DNA of 64,000 bases from Octopus sinensis (GCF_006345805.1 NC_042998.1:140120001-140184000); one strand, 5' to 3'; counted from the stretch's first letter, positions 1 to 12,687 are shown. Numbers and translations are program-made. Notes: generated by a model from the letters alone, not told the origin.

Positions 1-117
1 TATCAGCAAAATAAAGTAATGAGGTCATCAGGAGAACATGTTTCCTTCTAATATGCAAATGTGTGGAAGCCAGTTGTATATATACAACACACAGTAAAAA
101 ATAATTAGTGTTTTTAA

Positions 118-331
118 TCCTTTCGTTACCAACCCAGCTGAAACTGGCTCTGGCTACAAATGTCTTGTTTTCATAACTTTTGAATTAAAATATTCCACCA
201 AACCTTGGTCACAATTTATGTTCCTAACACTAGCTAAATGATAACTAAATTATTTTACTAAATTCTTTGTTATATTTAAAGTAAGTGAAAGAAACACAGA
301 GCATCTCAAAATAAATGCAGTAGCGAAAGGG
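118..331. mobile_element. piggyBac-like MITE (TTAA-flanked)
   Basis: ttaa|tcctttcgttac ... gtagcgaaaggg|taaa terminal inverted repeats. A second copy in the opposite orientation lies at 41740-41979. Confidence 0.65.
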
Positions 332-614
332 TAAAGCTTAAACTTTGCTCAATAGTCTCTCTAGAAATATGGTTATTGTCAGACCACATTGAGTAGAGGC
401 ATGGAGTATAGTACTGCCTACCAAGTCCAAGCCGTTTGGTAACATATTATCCCTTCCAAAGCACATTAATCAACTTGATGCTTTTCATAAAACCAAGTAA
501 CCATAGATGATCTTTAATTCATAAATTCATAATATAGGTTGGTACAGATCCAGTGGATTATGAATTTATGAATTAAAAATCATCTGCACCTACAATTTTT
601 TCCTTTCCTTATAC

Positions 615-666
<52 letters not shown>

Positions 667-735
667 TTTAGGGGACAAACAAGGACAGACACACACATAC
701 ACATACATATAATCAATCTGATAAACTTAAAAAAG

Positions 736-1101
736 CATGTGCCATGTGTATTTGCCAGTTGGCTGCAATTTGGTGTGATGGTGCTCTCATAGCACCAGTT
801 GTTGAAACATCAGAAAGTCATGGACAGGCAAGGTAACTCAGCTCTAATCCCATCTAAGGGTGATGGACGTTGATGTTTCACCATTGGTGAATTACTTTTG
901 TGGTTTCACCATTCTTTTCTTTGTCATTTTTGATAAGCCACAAAAATGGTGAAATATTAATGTTCATCACTCCTAGATGGGATTAGAGGCGAGTTATCTC
1001 ACCTGTCTATTTACTCTCAGGTATTTTAACACCTGGTACTCTGAGAGAGTATTCTCCACAATGCCAAATTGCAGCTTACAAGCAAATACACTGGCTATGC
1101 A
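736..1101. mobile_element. Degenerate palindromic (foldback) MITE
   Basis: About 150-bp arms are reverse complements, e.g. ctctaatcccatcta versus tagatgggattagag, and gctgcaatttgg versus ccaaattgcagc. Confidence 0.65.
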
Positions 1102-1156
1102 TATATGTGGTTGATAATGTTTATTGCACTAGTGCTCCTATTTCATATATATGGTG

Positions 1157-1708
1157 CTATAGGTGGTGCTATTGACTCCAGGTGGTGATTGAGTCCAGGT
1201 GGTGCTATTGAGTCCAGGCGATGCTATTGAGTCCAGGTGATGTTATTGAATCCAAGTGGTGCTATTGAGACCAGGTGGTGCTATTGAGTCTAGGTGGCGC
1301 TATTGAGACCAGGTGGTGTTATTGAGTCCATGTGGTGCTATTGAGTCCAGGTGGTGCTATTGAGACCAGGTGGTGATATGGTGTCCAGCTGGTGCTATTG
1401 TGACCGTATAGTGCTATTGAATCCAAGTGGTGCTATTGAGTCCAGGTGGTGCTATTGAGATCAGGTGGTGCTATTGAGATCAGGTGGTGATATTGAGTCC
1501 AGGTGGTGCTATTGAGACTAGGTGGTGCTATTGAGTCTAGGTGGTGCTATTGAGATCAAGTGGTGCTATTACATCCAGGTGGTGATATTGAGTCTAGGTG
1601 GTGCTATTGAGTCCAGGTGGTGCTATTGAGTCCTGGTGATGCTATTGAGTCCAGGTGGTGCTATTGAGTCCAAATGGTATTTTTGAGCCTACATGGTGTT
1701 ATTGAGTT
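1157..1708. repeat. 19-bp minisatellite, about 29 copies
   Basis: Unit GGTGGTGCTATTGAGTCCA repeated head to tail with point variants. Confidence 0.95.
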
Positions 1709-2553
1709 TGTCATGGCCTGGGCCAATAATGGCCAAAACCAATCTAAGTTATATATATGTACACACATGTGTATGTTCTTGTCTTTGTGTTTGACCCCAC
1801 ATTACTTGACAACTGGTGTTGGTTTGTTTACGTCCCAGTAACCCAGCAATTTGGCAAAAAAGACCAGACTTAAAAACAAATAAATAATGGGATCAATTTG
1901 TTCAACTAAACCTGGTAGTGCCCCAGCATGGCTGCAGTCCAATAACTGAAACAAGTAAAAGAACATAAGAAATATGTTGTTTGCATGTGGAATAATTGTT
2001 TCAATATTGTGGGGTTTTGTTTTATGTAATATAATTAGATTAACTGAAATATGTTGAAATGTTATGTCAGTTGAAGTTTGCAAACTAATGGAATAAAATG
2101 GGTTTCGTCACAAACATTATGTGGATAATATACAGCTCTATGTATTTTTATTCTTTTACACATTTCAGTCATTTGACTGCGGCCATGCTGGAGCACTGCC
2201 TTAAAGGGTTTTAGTCATGCAAAATCAACCCCAGTGCTTATTCTTTGTAAGCCTAGTACTTATTCTATCAGTCTCTTTTGCTGAACAGCTAAGTTACTGG
2301 GATTTAAACATCCCAACATCAGTTGTCAAGCAATGGCAGTGGTACAAACACAGACACACATGCACAAACACACACACCCACATATATAGTTCACTTTGCA
2401 GAGTGGTTAGTGTTAGGAAGGGCATCCAGCCGTAAAACCCCTGCTAAAACACAGTAGCCTAGGGTAGTTTTTCTACCTGACTGGCTCCTCTCAACTATCC
2501 TACCCATACATGCATGAAAGTTGGACATTAAATGATGAGGATGATGATGATGA

Positions 2554-2602
<49 letters not shown>

Positions 2603-3373
2603 TATATATACACACACACACGATGGGCTTCTTTCAATTTTCATCCAATAAATCCACTCACAAGGCTTTGGTTGGACTGAGGCTATAGTAGAAGACACTG
2701 GGCACCAGTGATGTTGCAACTCATTCCTACAGCTGAGTGAAATGAAGCAATGTGAAATAAAGTGCCTGGCTCAAGAACACAACACACAGTCCATTGAACT
2801 CGTTATTGTGAGCCTGACCCTTTAACCACTGAGCCATACATATTTGAATTCAAAGAAAAATTTATTTTGCTTACACATTACAAATATCTTGTATTCATTT
2901 GTTGTTTTTTTTTTCTCAGTTGATTTCCTTGTCTTGTTAACGTTAACAAAGGAAAATAAATAATTGAAATCTAATAGTTTTAAATTTTTGTGTGAAATTC
3001 ACCAAGACTACAAACACGTGCATTAAATGTATATACACTGGACTACCAAACATTGATTTTTCTTTTTTTAATTTGAAGTAGATACTACATATTAGACATA
3101 TTTCTAATGATTCGTTAATAAATTGTCTTCACACAAATATATCAACCACATTTGATAACAACATAAACTCCTGTCTGCATACATACAGATCTATTTTTGA
3201 GTTCCTAATATAAGAAATAATTCTGCTTTTTATACATATGCACTGTTTGGCTTTGAATCATTTCAGATATTATGTTTTTTTATTCATCTTCATCAAAATT
3301 CTTGTGTTTTTTATGTTTGTTTCCATCAAAATTATCATGCCCTCTTTTCTTTCATGTCACTATATATTTATTT

Positions 3374-3386
3374 GTCGTCGTTGTTG

Positions 3387-3430
<44 letters not shown>
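3374..3430. repeat. Compound (GTC)(GTT)(TAT)n microsatellite abutting a splice acceptor
   Basis: gtcgtcgttgttgttgttattattatt... ends about 10 nt before the AG at 3440-3441. Confidence 0.9.
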
Positions 3431-3433
<3 letters not shown>

Positions 3434-3441
3434 AATAACAG

Positions 3442-3538
3442 ACAAAAAGAAGGGAGTGAGAAAATGAATTGTAACCTCCAGGCGAAACATGAAGAGAAAA
3501 TTAAAATGATTCGCCGACAAAATACTGCTGCTCTCATG
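3442..3538 (+). CDS. CEP112: CEP112-like coding exon (internal; upstream exons lie outside the window or were not recognised)
   Basis: Acceptor ...aataacAG at 3440-3441 and donor GTaagt at 3539. Reads xQKEGSEKMNCNLQAKHEEKIKMIRRQNTAALM (coiled-coil-like). Ends in phase 0, compatible with the next exon. Confidence 0.8.
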
Positions 3539-5038
3539 GTAAGTTACACCTAACAGAAAATGATTAATCAAATGTCAAAAAAAACTACATTCTTTCTCTG
3601 TTAAATTCTTTATTTATTCTTTCATCTTTATTAATTTATCAAAGAATGAAATAAGGGGAAATTTCCCTAAGGAATAACTTTGCCATTAAATCTGAATATG
3701 AAATCCAAATAGAATTGTTTATCTTTTTGCTGAATATTACTTTGAAGAGCTGACAGAATTCAATCATTGTTGATAATTCTTTCCAAAGTTATTGGAATGA
3801 ACGTTTCTCAGAAATATAGCCTTTGTTGCTGCTGCTGCCTCTGCTGCAGTTAGCTTTTGTTGAGGCAAAAAAATATATATAAATTCTGAATATACCAGAA
3901 ATAGTAAAGAATGGAAAATGATATGGCTTCAACATCATTGCTTCCATGTTAGTAATTGTGTATTTGAATTATATTACCAAACTAGCTTTCAAGACTAAAT
4001 TTTTTTTTTCTGTTTAATATAAAACTTATATCAATAAATGGACAGTTGTCTTTTTTTAAATAATTTTATTATATTAATAAAATTAGCTTTATCTGCATGA
4101 AGCTGCTATCACAATGAATATTTATTCAGTTCTATATAAATCATATCAAATCAATAGATTTTATTATATGCAATCAGAAAGAATTTATTATATGAACTTT
4201 GACTTTCTTGTGAGGTCTTTTACTTTCAGAGAAAAGTTTTGCATTTTTTTTTTAAAGAATAAATAATCGCATAGCTCTTACATTTGAAAAATAAATTTTA
4301 AAAAAGTCTTAATGGTAAAATATCTTATATTCTTTTATTAATTTATGACAAAAAAAAATATGTGATAGGATGGTGCAAAATAGCATGTCAAATTTAATAT
4401 CATAGTATTTATGTTGATATTGACAGTAAAAATTATTGAGCCGAAAGCTAAGTTCTTGAGATTAGAGATGGACTAGACGTAGCCATATCACCTGAACAAA
4501 ATAAAAAAAAAATCATCAAAGAAATATTGATACATATGTCTGCAGTTTTGCCATGAGATACAGCTACTGTAGTGTGGCTGTCTACAGAATTATTAGCCAC
4601 AATTTGTCTGTTTCTTATCACATTATGTTTTCAACTCTAGAGATACTTGTTTTAGTTATGATAATTTTTCACACACATATTTATACTTTAAAACCATGTA
4701 CTGGGTTCTGACATGTAACTGATCAGAATTTTATGGCCAATTGCACACTGACCATTGCACCTAGGCAATATTGACAATTCTTCAGACATGGTGGTTGGAA
4801 GTATTGCTGAGTGCAATAGTCAGTGTGAAACTGATGGTAACATTTTGCCCTTTTTTTGTGCCATAATCAGTGATATACTGCATGGTGGTATAAAAATATA
4901 ACTACTCTATTTCTCATTTTGAGTGTTATTCTCTGACTTATGGATGACTAACTGTGAACCTTTGCTAAACTGTACAAGTAAGAGGGGAAGCAAGTTTGAT
5001 TTAGCTGGTGGTAGCAGTTAATATTATATATGTATATA

Positions 5039-5345
5039 AGGCAATGAGCTGGCAGAATCATTAGCAAGCTGAGTGAAATCCTTAGCAGCATTTCGTCTGT
5101 CTTTACATTCTCAGTCCAAATTCCACCAACTTCAACTTTGCCTTTCATCCATTCGGGGTCAATAGTATAAGTGCTAGTTGAACACTGGGGTCAATGTAAT
5201 TGACATGCCCCTTCCTCAAAATTGCTGGCCTAGTGCCAAAATATGAAATCGATATTAAATACTGCTATAAAAGGGGCAAGTTGGCAGAATCATTAGCATG
5301 TTGAGCAAAATTCTTAACCGCATTTCATCCCTTCAGCATTCAGAT
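5039..5345 (+). mobile_element. Nin-domain-type tRNA-derived SINE, one full copy plus a partial second copy
   Basis: Head gagctggcagaatcattagca and central ctttgcctttcatccattcggggtcaata...agt core. The family has many copies in the window. Confidence 0.75.
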
Positions 5346-6646
5346 TTCTTTCCCAAATGTAAGGCTTATTTATTCACATTGTTTTGAATTAATCACACAT
5401 TATTTTGTAGTTTCAAGATTTCAATGGTGTGTTTATATATTTTTAGAATGACCTTGTAGGATAGGTGTGAAAGGTTGGATCTGATCAGTTTTAACATAAA
5501 GCAGGTAGAATATTTGGGCCAAATTAAATGCTGAAGGGTTAATAACACCCAAAACCATTAAATTCACTTCAAAGTTACTTTAGGAAGTGACAAAAGTTTC
5601 ATCACACAACTGTGACCTGGTTACTGTCGCAGTTCCACTGCAATTCATGTGTCAGTGATCAGGCCACACCATAAAGTAAAAGTAAAATTAAAGTGAATTT
5701 AATAAATTTGGGTATTTATTAATAATAGACAGTGCCGCTTAGTGGTTAGGGCATTGTATTCAGATCATGAGATGATTTTTGATTCCTGAACAAAGCAGTA
5801 CATTGTGTTCTTGAGCAAAATACTTCATTTCATATTGCTCCAGTCCACTCAGCTGTAAATAGGTAACCCTGCAATGGACTGGAGGCCTGTTCACAGGGAA
5901 TATTGTGACTTTGGTTGCTTATATGCCATAGAAAATGAGTAACCAGCCCTATGAGTCCTCAGGCTCAAGACAGTAATATCCAGGGTCTTACTTATTTACT
6001 GTGTGATATAGCTGCCGCATTTTCAACCCACAGCCTAAGATCAGATCATTTGCTATTCAAGTACAACTCCAAAATTATAAGAAAGAACTTTCATATTATC
6101 AAAACTAGTTATATCCATTGCTATGCTGCCAAGTAATGATCTAATCAAGATGAAATAGATCCTTCAGTAGAAGCTTACTACAGTGATAACATTGATATGC
6201 TCCTGAACAACTACTTGTTGTTATAGTGAAAGTTTTTTCTTAAAGTCTGTGTTGTATTGTTGAAAGACACAGAAACACACACACAAACAATGGAAAAAGA
6301 TACATTTGTATAATATATATATATATATATAGCTATTTTTTAATTTTTATGTTGCATTGTGTTGATAGACCTGCATTTAAAATTTCCACATTTTAAATCA
6401 AAACTTGTTAGCTACTATGGTGACAACACTATCTATCTATCTCACAGTCTTTCTGTATTTCTCTCTCAACAAGAAATTTTCTCCTCCTCCTTCTAAATAT
6501 ACATTGTGACAAGTGTTAATCTCCCTTTTTGAATCCTCCTCTTCTTCCCTCCTTCTAATAGATATTATGACAGACAGACAGACAAAGATCAGCTTCTCTT
6601 TTATAATATAAGATTTATAGTAATTTCACAATTTATTTAAATGTAG

Positions 6647-6736
6647 GCTCTGCAACAGAAATATGATGAAGATTATTCAAAAGCTCGAAATCATGAACGA
6701 CAACTTGAGCAGCAAATCAGCCAATATGAAGAAAAG
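6647..6736 (+). CDS. CEP112: CEP112-like coding exon (90 nt, phase 0-0)
   Basis: Acceptor ttaaatgtAG at 6645-6646 and donor GTaatt at 6737. Reads ALQQKYDEDYSKARNHERQLEQQISQYEEK, a heptad-rich coiled coil in frame with both neighbours. Confidence 0.85.
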
Positions 6737-7368
6737 GTAATTCAGATTTATTTTATACTTCAGTAATAATCATTATTTTAACATACACATTTCCATGCTT
6801 GCATGGATCAAATGGAGTTTATTGAGGAAAATTTTTTATGGTCTAATACCTTTCCTGTCACCAACCTTCACCTGTTTCCAAGCAAGATAAATATTTCCCC
6901 ATGGCCAAATATATTGTTGCAAAGCTTTAGAAATAAATGGCACTGCTTGTATGACAGTGACACTCATTTACAACTAATATGTGATGTCACAACATGGAAA
7001 CACAAACACACTCATGTATTTATACATATACACAACAGACCTCTTTCAGTTTCCATCTACCAGATCCACCCACAAGGCTTTGGTTGGCCCAAGATTGTAG
7101 CAGAAGACACTTGCCAAGGTGCCACACCATGGGACTGAACCTGAAACCATGTTGTAGTGAGAATGAAGTACTCCATCATCATCACCAAGCTATCTTTTGA
7201 TGTTTTATGATATCTGGTATTCTTATATATATGCCAGGTAGGGCAGATGACTCTTTGCTGTGTCTTCCTGCTGTCAAACAGTTTAGAAAAGTGATGCTGG
7301 TGCAGAATGGTATGTGGCATAAATTGCTTAATTGTTATTATTAGAAATCATTATTATTAATAATTATT

Positions 7369-8008
7369 AAGGTGGCAAGCTAGCAGAATTGTTAGAGCAT
7401 GAAACAAAATGCTTAGAACATTTCATCTGGCTCTTAATGTTCTAAGTTCAAATCACACCAAGGACAACTTTTCAGTGTTGATAAAATACAGTACAAGTAA
7501 GATATTGGGGCTGAAGGTACTGACTAAACCTTCTCCTCAAATTTCTGGCCTTGTGCAAAAATTGGAAACCGTTATTATTATTATTGAGGCAGCAAAGGTA
7601 GTGAGCTGGCAGAATCGTTAGCACACCAGGCAGCATTTTGCCTGTCCTTAAATTCTGAGTTCGACTTTGCCTTTCATCCTTATGGGGTTGATAAATAAGT
7701 ACCAGTTGAACATTGGGGTCAATGTCATCAGCTTATCCCTCCCACAAAATTGCTGGCTTTGTGCCAAAATTTGAAACTGCTATTAATAAGGCAGCGAGCC
7801 AGTAGAATCATTAGCATGCTGGACAAAATGCTTAGCAGCATTTCTTCCAGTTCTTGGCATTCTGAGCTCAAATCCCATCAAGATCAACTTTGCCTTTAAT
7901 CCTTTCAGGATCAACAAAATAAAGTACCATGCAAAGTACTGAGGTTAATGTAATCAACTCATCTACTCCCTCTAAAATTGCTGGCCTTGTGCCAAAATTA
8001 GAAACGGT
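7369..8008 (+). mobile_element. Three head-to-tail Nin-domain-type SINEs
   Basis: Three successive units, each starting (g)gcagaat(c/t)(g/a)ttag and ending ggcc/ttgtgc(c)aaaatt(t/a/g)gaaac. Confidence 0.8.
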
Positions 8009-8083
8009 TGTCATTAAAGTCTCATTAAGAAATGACTGCAGAAAACAGCTTTGTATAAGTTGGCTTTTCTTTCTTTACTTCAG

Positions 8084-8149
8084 CTTGCAGAGATCCAGAT
8101 CCATTATGAAAATAAAATCAAAGGTCTGATGCCATCATCCGTCCATCGT
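8084..8149 (+). CDS. CEP112: CEP112-like penultimate coding exon (66 nt, phase 0-0)
   Basis: Strong pyrimidine tract cttttctttctttacttcAG and donor GTaagt at 8150. Reads LAEIQIHYENKIKGLMPSSVHR; KIKGLMP matches the remembered vertebrate CEP112 motif that precedes QELEDTISSLK. Confidence 0.88.
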
Positions 8150-9649
8150 GTAAGTCTCCATTCATGTCTTAGTGTATTTGTTTATATTGTCTTAGTTTTG
8201 TGACAAACTTACAAGATCATAGGCCTCATAACTTGTCCTACTCTTCCATGGCATATAAATGATCAAGGGTCCAACATCCTCACCACCAGGTCATGTGCCT
8301 TTACCATTTCCTATATATTGTCATCAGTACCATAATTATTATACATTCGGTTAAAAGGAACAAAACCAAGGATTAAAAGAAGTAGAAAGCTACCTGTGGG
8401 ACACAAACCTTGCCAAAGCAGATATTGGAGCCCATCGTAGTCCTGATGGTCATCAGATACTATTCAACCCTCCAACCCATGCCAGCATGCAATATAGACA
8501 ATTAATAATGATGAAAGTAATAGTCAAGAATATGTGGAACAGCAGTCATCATCATCATCATCAATTAGGGCTGGTTTGCATGGCACATATATTCCCAACT
8601 GGATGGGACACCAGTCTATCGCAGGATTACTCATTTTCACCAGCTGAGTGGACTGCACCAACATGAAATGAAGTGTCTTACTCAAAAATGTGTCACCCAG
8701 TGCAGGAATCTACACCACAATCAGGAGTTCAACACCCTAACCATTAAGCCATGTGCCTCTGGGTTTTCTGAATGGTATACTTAATGAAAAATTACCTTGA
8801 ATTCTTTTAGTAGTGCAACCTGCTTGATGATGAGCCATATCTCATAACCCGTTTCTCAAAACAAGGTTTCCCATGCCTGATTTACTGATAAGTGAAGAAT
8901 GATGGAGAGTGAGAAAGAAAATGAGGAAGAATTTGTTGACCAAACTAAGAATTTGATGACCAAACTAAACCAGTAAATACAACGGTACTAGAAGTATGGT
9001 GGAAAACAACAGAGGTAGTGAGGTGCATTTGCAGCCTTCACATGATGTCAAGACAAGGCTCCATACACACATATATACAACAAGTTCCTTTAAATGGACT
9101 ATACATAATGCCCTGACTGTCATTAGCAGTTAACTAAAGGCAAACCAAGATCTTGTACAACTCGTTCTTTCTTTCTTATTGTGGTGAAAAATATTGGTGA
9201 GGCTGTGACATGAATGTGCCTGTCTTAGTTCCTTCAGTGTGGCCTATTCCAACAAGGAGAGGGGAGCAGGAAATTTACCTCAATATTTTATGGGCATTTT
9301 TATTTTTTATCAACTCTGAAAAGGATGAAAAGCAAATTTGACCTCAAACATGATCTGAAACTCAGAAGCAGACAACTAGAACAAATACAAGAAGACATTC
9401 TAGCTGATGTTCTGCAACTCAGCTAATTCACTACTATATTGAACTCTAAAATAACCATAAAAGAAGGATAGAACATAATTTAATGTCAGAAGTATGTCAC
9501 AAGCAAATCCAAAGGCACTTCAATTAATGATGCAATTCTCCTGTTATTATTATTATTATAATCCCAATAGCTTACAGTTCTGATCTAAGCATCACTGATA
9601 TTTACTTACACAGTCACCTTTTTTTTTTAAGGTAAAACAATTATAGTCT

Positions 9650-10066
9650 TCATTTTTGGATTTGGTTTTCCAGATTCTTTATGTGAGTTTGAGTGTTGAA
9701 GCATATTTTGTTGTGTCTGGGGAGAGTCATTCTCTTTTAGTACCTTATTATTTAAAACTCTCACCGGTAAAGTTTTCACTCATTTACTTATTTATTTTTC
9801 CTAAAATTTTTGTTGCAACCTGCAACCTTTTCAATAGTTGTTGACTCTGTCCATTATCCAAACTGTGTTCATTTCAGCATGATAGTGAGACAAAATAGTC
9901 ACTGAAAAGAATGCAGCTCCGATAACGGACAGTGTCAACAACTATTGAAAGGGTTGCAGGATGCAACAAAAATTTTAGGAAAAATAAGTAAATGAGTGGA
10001 AACTTAACTGGTGAGTGTGTTAAATAATAAGACACTAAAAGAGAATGACTCCCCCCAGACACAACA
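9650..10066. mobile_element. Asymmetric inverted-repeat insertion (Penelope pLTR-like or MITE) with 11-bp flanking direct repeats
   Basis: Arms 9707-9857 and about 9921-10068 are reverse complements. AATTATAGTCT occurs at 9639-9649 and 10067-10077. Confidence 0.65.
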
Positions 10067-10094
10067 AATTATAGTCTATTGATATACTTAAGGA

Positions 10095-10920
10095 GTAGTA
10101 ATCCTTCATAGCACCAGTACAGTAAATTCCCTGCAATGTTCAGAAAGTTCTATAGAAGTAGTTGATGGCTTCTGTTACCTTGGTGACCTAATCAGCAAAG
10201 GGGAGGGGAATGTTGAAAGAATAGTGGCGAAAATTAGAATAGAGTGGAAAAAATTGAGGGAGTTAATATTGCTACTGACAAGGGGACTCTCTTTGATGAA
10301 AGGCCAGATTGTACAATACAGGTGTATGAATTGTGATGCTGCATGGTAGTAAGATAAAATGGTCACTGAATGCAGAGAATGTGTAAGAGTTGGAAAGAAA
10401 TGGGGCAAGCATGATCTGATGTAACTGTAATGTTAGCAGGCATGAATGACAAGGCATAGAATGAGCTGAGAAAAAGACTGGGCATAAACAGTATAAAGAG
10501 AAATGTGTTGCTTTGTGGTTAGGGTGTTGGATTTACAACCGTAAGATTGTGGTTTTGATCCCTGGACCAGGTGATCTGTTTTGTTCTTGAGCAACACACA
10601 TCATTTCATGTTGCTTCAGGGATGGGCTCAATCAGGTATTCTCACCCTGGATATGCTGCATGGCTGCAGCACCCTAATACCCCACAAGGGTCATTGGTTT
10701 AACATGTTAATGTTAAAGAAACGAGACAACTGCGGTGATATTGACACGTGAGGAGTATATGGATGGTGACAAGTAGGGGATGAAGAAGTGCCAGGAGATT
10801 CATGTGAAGGATCCAATGGAAGAAGAAAAAGACATGGGCAGAAATGATGAAGGTTGATTGCAGGAAGTTGAATCTCAGAAGATAAAGGAACACAAGTGGC
10901 AGGATGTACTGTGCTGGTGA
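10095..10920 (+). mobile_element. Decayed RTE-clade LINE fragment (C-terminal RT region) with a nested SINE head
   Basis: Translates to EVVDGFCYLGDLISKGEG...KIRIEWKKLREL, homologous to the copy at 53487-54500. Confidence 0.7.
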
Positions 10921-11076
10921 GGATTCATCCTAATCCATGCAAACACGGAAAAACATATGTAAAATAGTGACCACTGGTGATGGTGGCAACGAAATGTAAA
11001 CCCAAATAAGAAATGGAAATGTGTATGGTATTTTGAGTTTGTGGAAAGCATTTGTTCATTGATTTCCATATGCTGC

Positions 11077-11080
<4 letters not shown>

Positions 11081-11126
<46 letters not shown>
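11081..11126. repeat. (TC)n microsatellite
   Basis: Perfect TC dinucleotide run. Confidence 0.95.
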
Positions 11127-11133
<7 letters not shown>

Positions 11134-12687
11134 CCCTCTCTTGCTCTCTCTCTACATGGATAATTTGAACAATCTATAGCCTGTCCTATCTATTACATCA
11201 TATCTCATAAAAGTGAGAATGACAAAGAGTTTCTTCTATAATCTACTTAAACATCTAACTAGCTTTACTCCATGACATTTAGAAGTACTCTGCTACAACT
11301 GAATGTTCTGGAACTGTCATTATTCTTATTACTTATGAATGACCAATCCTTTAGACTCTTCTTTATTCTATTTTATGTTCCTATATTCAGCGCTTACATC
11401 ATTAATGATAGCGTTTAAAATATGTCCCAGGATACACATATACACACACACACATATATATATATATATGGATGTATACACACACTTGGTACAGTAATTA
11501 AAAGTTAAGATTTATGGTATGTAACTTTGTTCAGTGTGAATATGAAAACATGTTTCTACTTCCACTGGTAATAATGTACCAAAAAGAAAAAGTTCAGTAA
11601 AAATATGAACATGGTTACTTTGGTTCGTCAATACATTATGAAAGTAAATGGCGGGTGTAACCGCTATGACTAATCCTGTTTAAGGGGAGGGGGTCATTAA
11701 AGCAAAGGAGGGGAAAAGGAAAGAAAGAAGAAAGGACAAAAAAGGAGAGTAGGAAACACCTCTTTGTCCAGTTGAACAACCTTCAAAGGTTTGTAATGAA
11801 AAACAATGTATAAAGTTAGCAGTCTTTGACTATAATGGAAGAAAGTAAAGCAAAAAAGAAAAAGAACAAAAAAATTAATGGAGTTTACATTAAAGTAGTA
11901 AATTTGCCGTGCTATCTATTGTAAAGAGCTGTAAAGCAGGAAAAGAGTGGGGGGGGGGAGAGAACTAGAGATGAAAATGACAGAAAGTGGGGCTGCAGGT
12001 AGAGAGAGGCAATGTCTCAGAAAACGATGACGACAATGATGATGATGATGGCAATAGTGATGGTGGGGCAGCTGAGAAGGGGTACATTGGAAGGTGTGAG
12101 AAGCAGAGAAAGAAAAGGGGGGAAAAAAGAAAGAAAAAGTGAGAAATGAATTCTACTGCAGTTAACTGTGCATGTACAAAGTGAACATCAAAAGGATTGC
12201 TGAGTGATTGCTGTTTAGGTGCACTTACCAGCTGCAATAGATTTTGCTGTTTGCACTTGCTGACATAGCAGACAAAGTAGACCGCCACAGCAACAACAGC
12301 AGCAGCAATAGTAGTTGTAGTAGTAGTAGTAGCAGCAGTAGCAGCATTCAGTCTTGAAAGGACATTAAACTAGTTTGGTACATTGCTAAAACCAAGATCA
12401 GAAGCAGAATTCAAGCTGTTCAAACAATGGCGATGGGTGGATAGTTTCCAGAGTGTGGCACTAAGTGAACTTCATGCATATTACCTCATCCTCTGCTATT
12501 ATTTTCAGTTATCAGTTCTATGTTACTTTAACAACAGCAGCTTTAATAAATCAGAAATATAATGACTGGCACTTAGTAAAAGACACTTTATAGTAATTTT
12601 GGTTACATTCTCGTTTTCTCATGGCCATTGAGGTAACATTGAATTTTGAATTTTGATAGCCTTTATACATTGTCGAATTGTCTTTCG

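Noticed and set aside
1397-1412. miR-2001-like sequence TTGTGACCGT
   Set aside because: Only a 10-nt match inside a minisatellite variant unit, with no hairpin.
3272-3553. 93-aa single-exon ORF with poly-Ile
   Set aside because: Only 3442-3538 is exon; the poly-Val/Ile part is an intronic microsatellite.
11965-12288. 107-aa minus-strand ORF as a nested gene
   Set aside because: Non-ATG start, low-complexity composition, no recognisable domain or splice partners.
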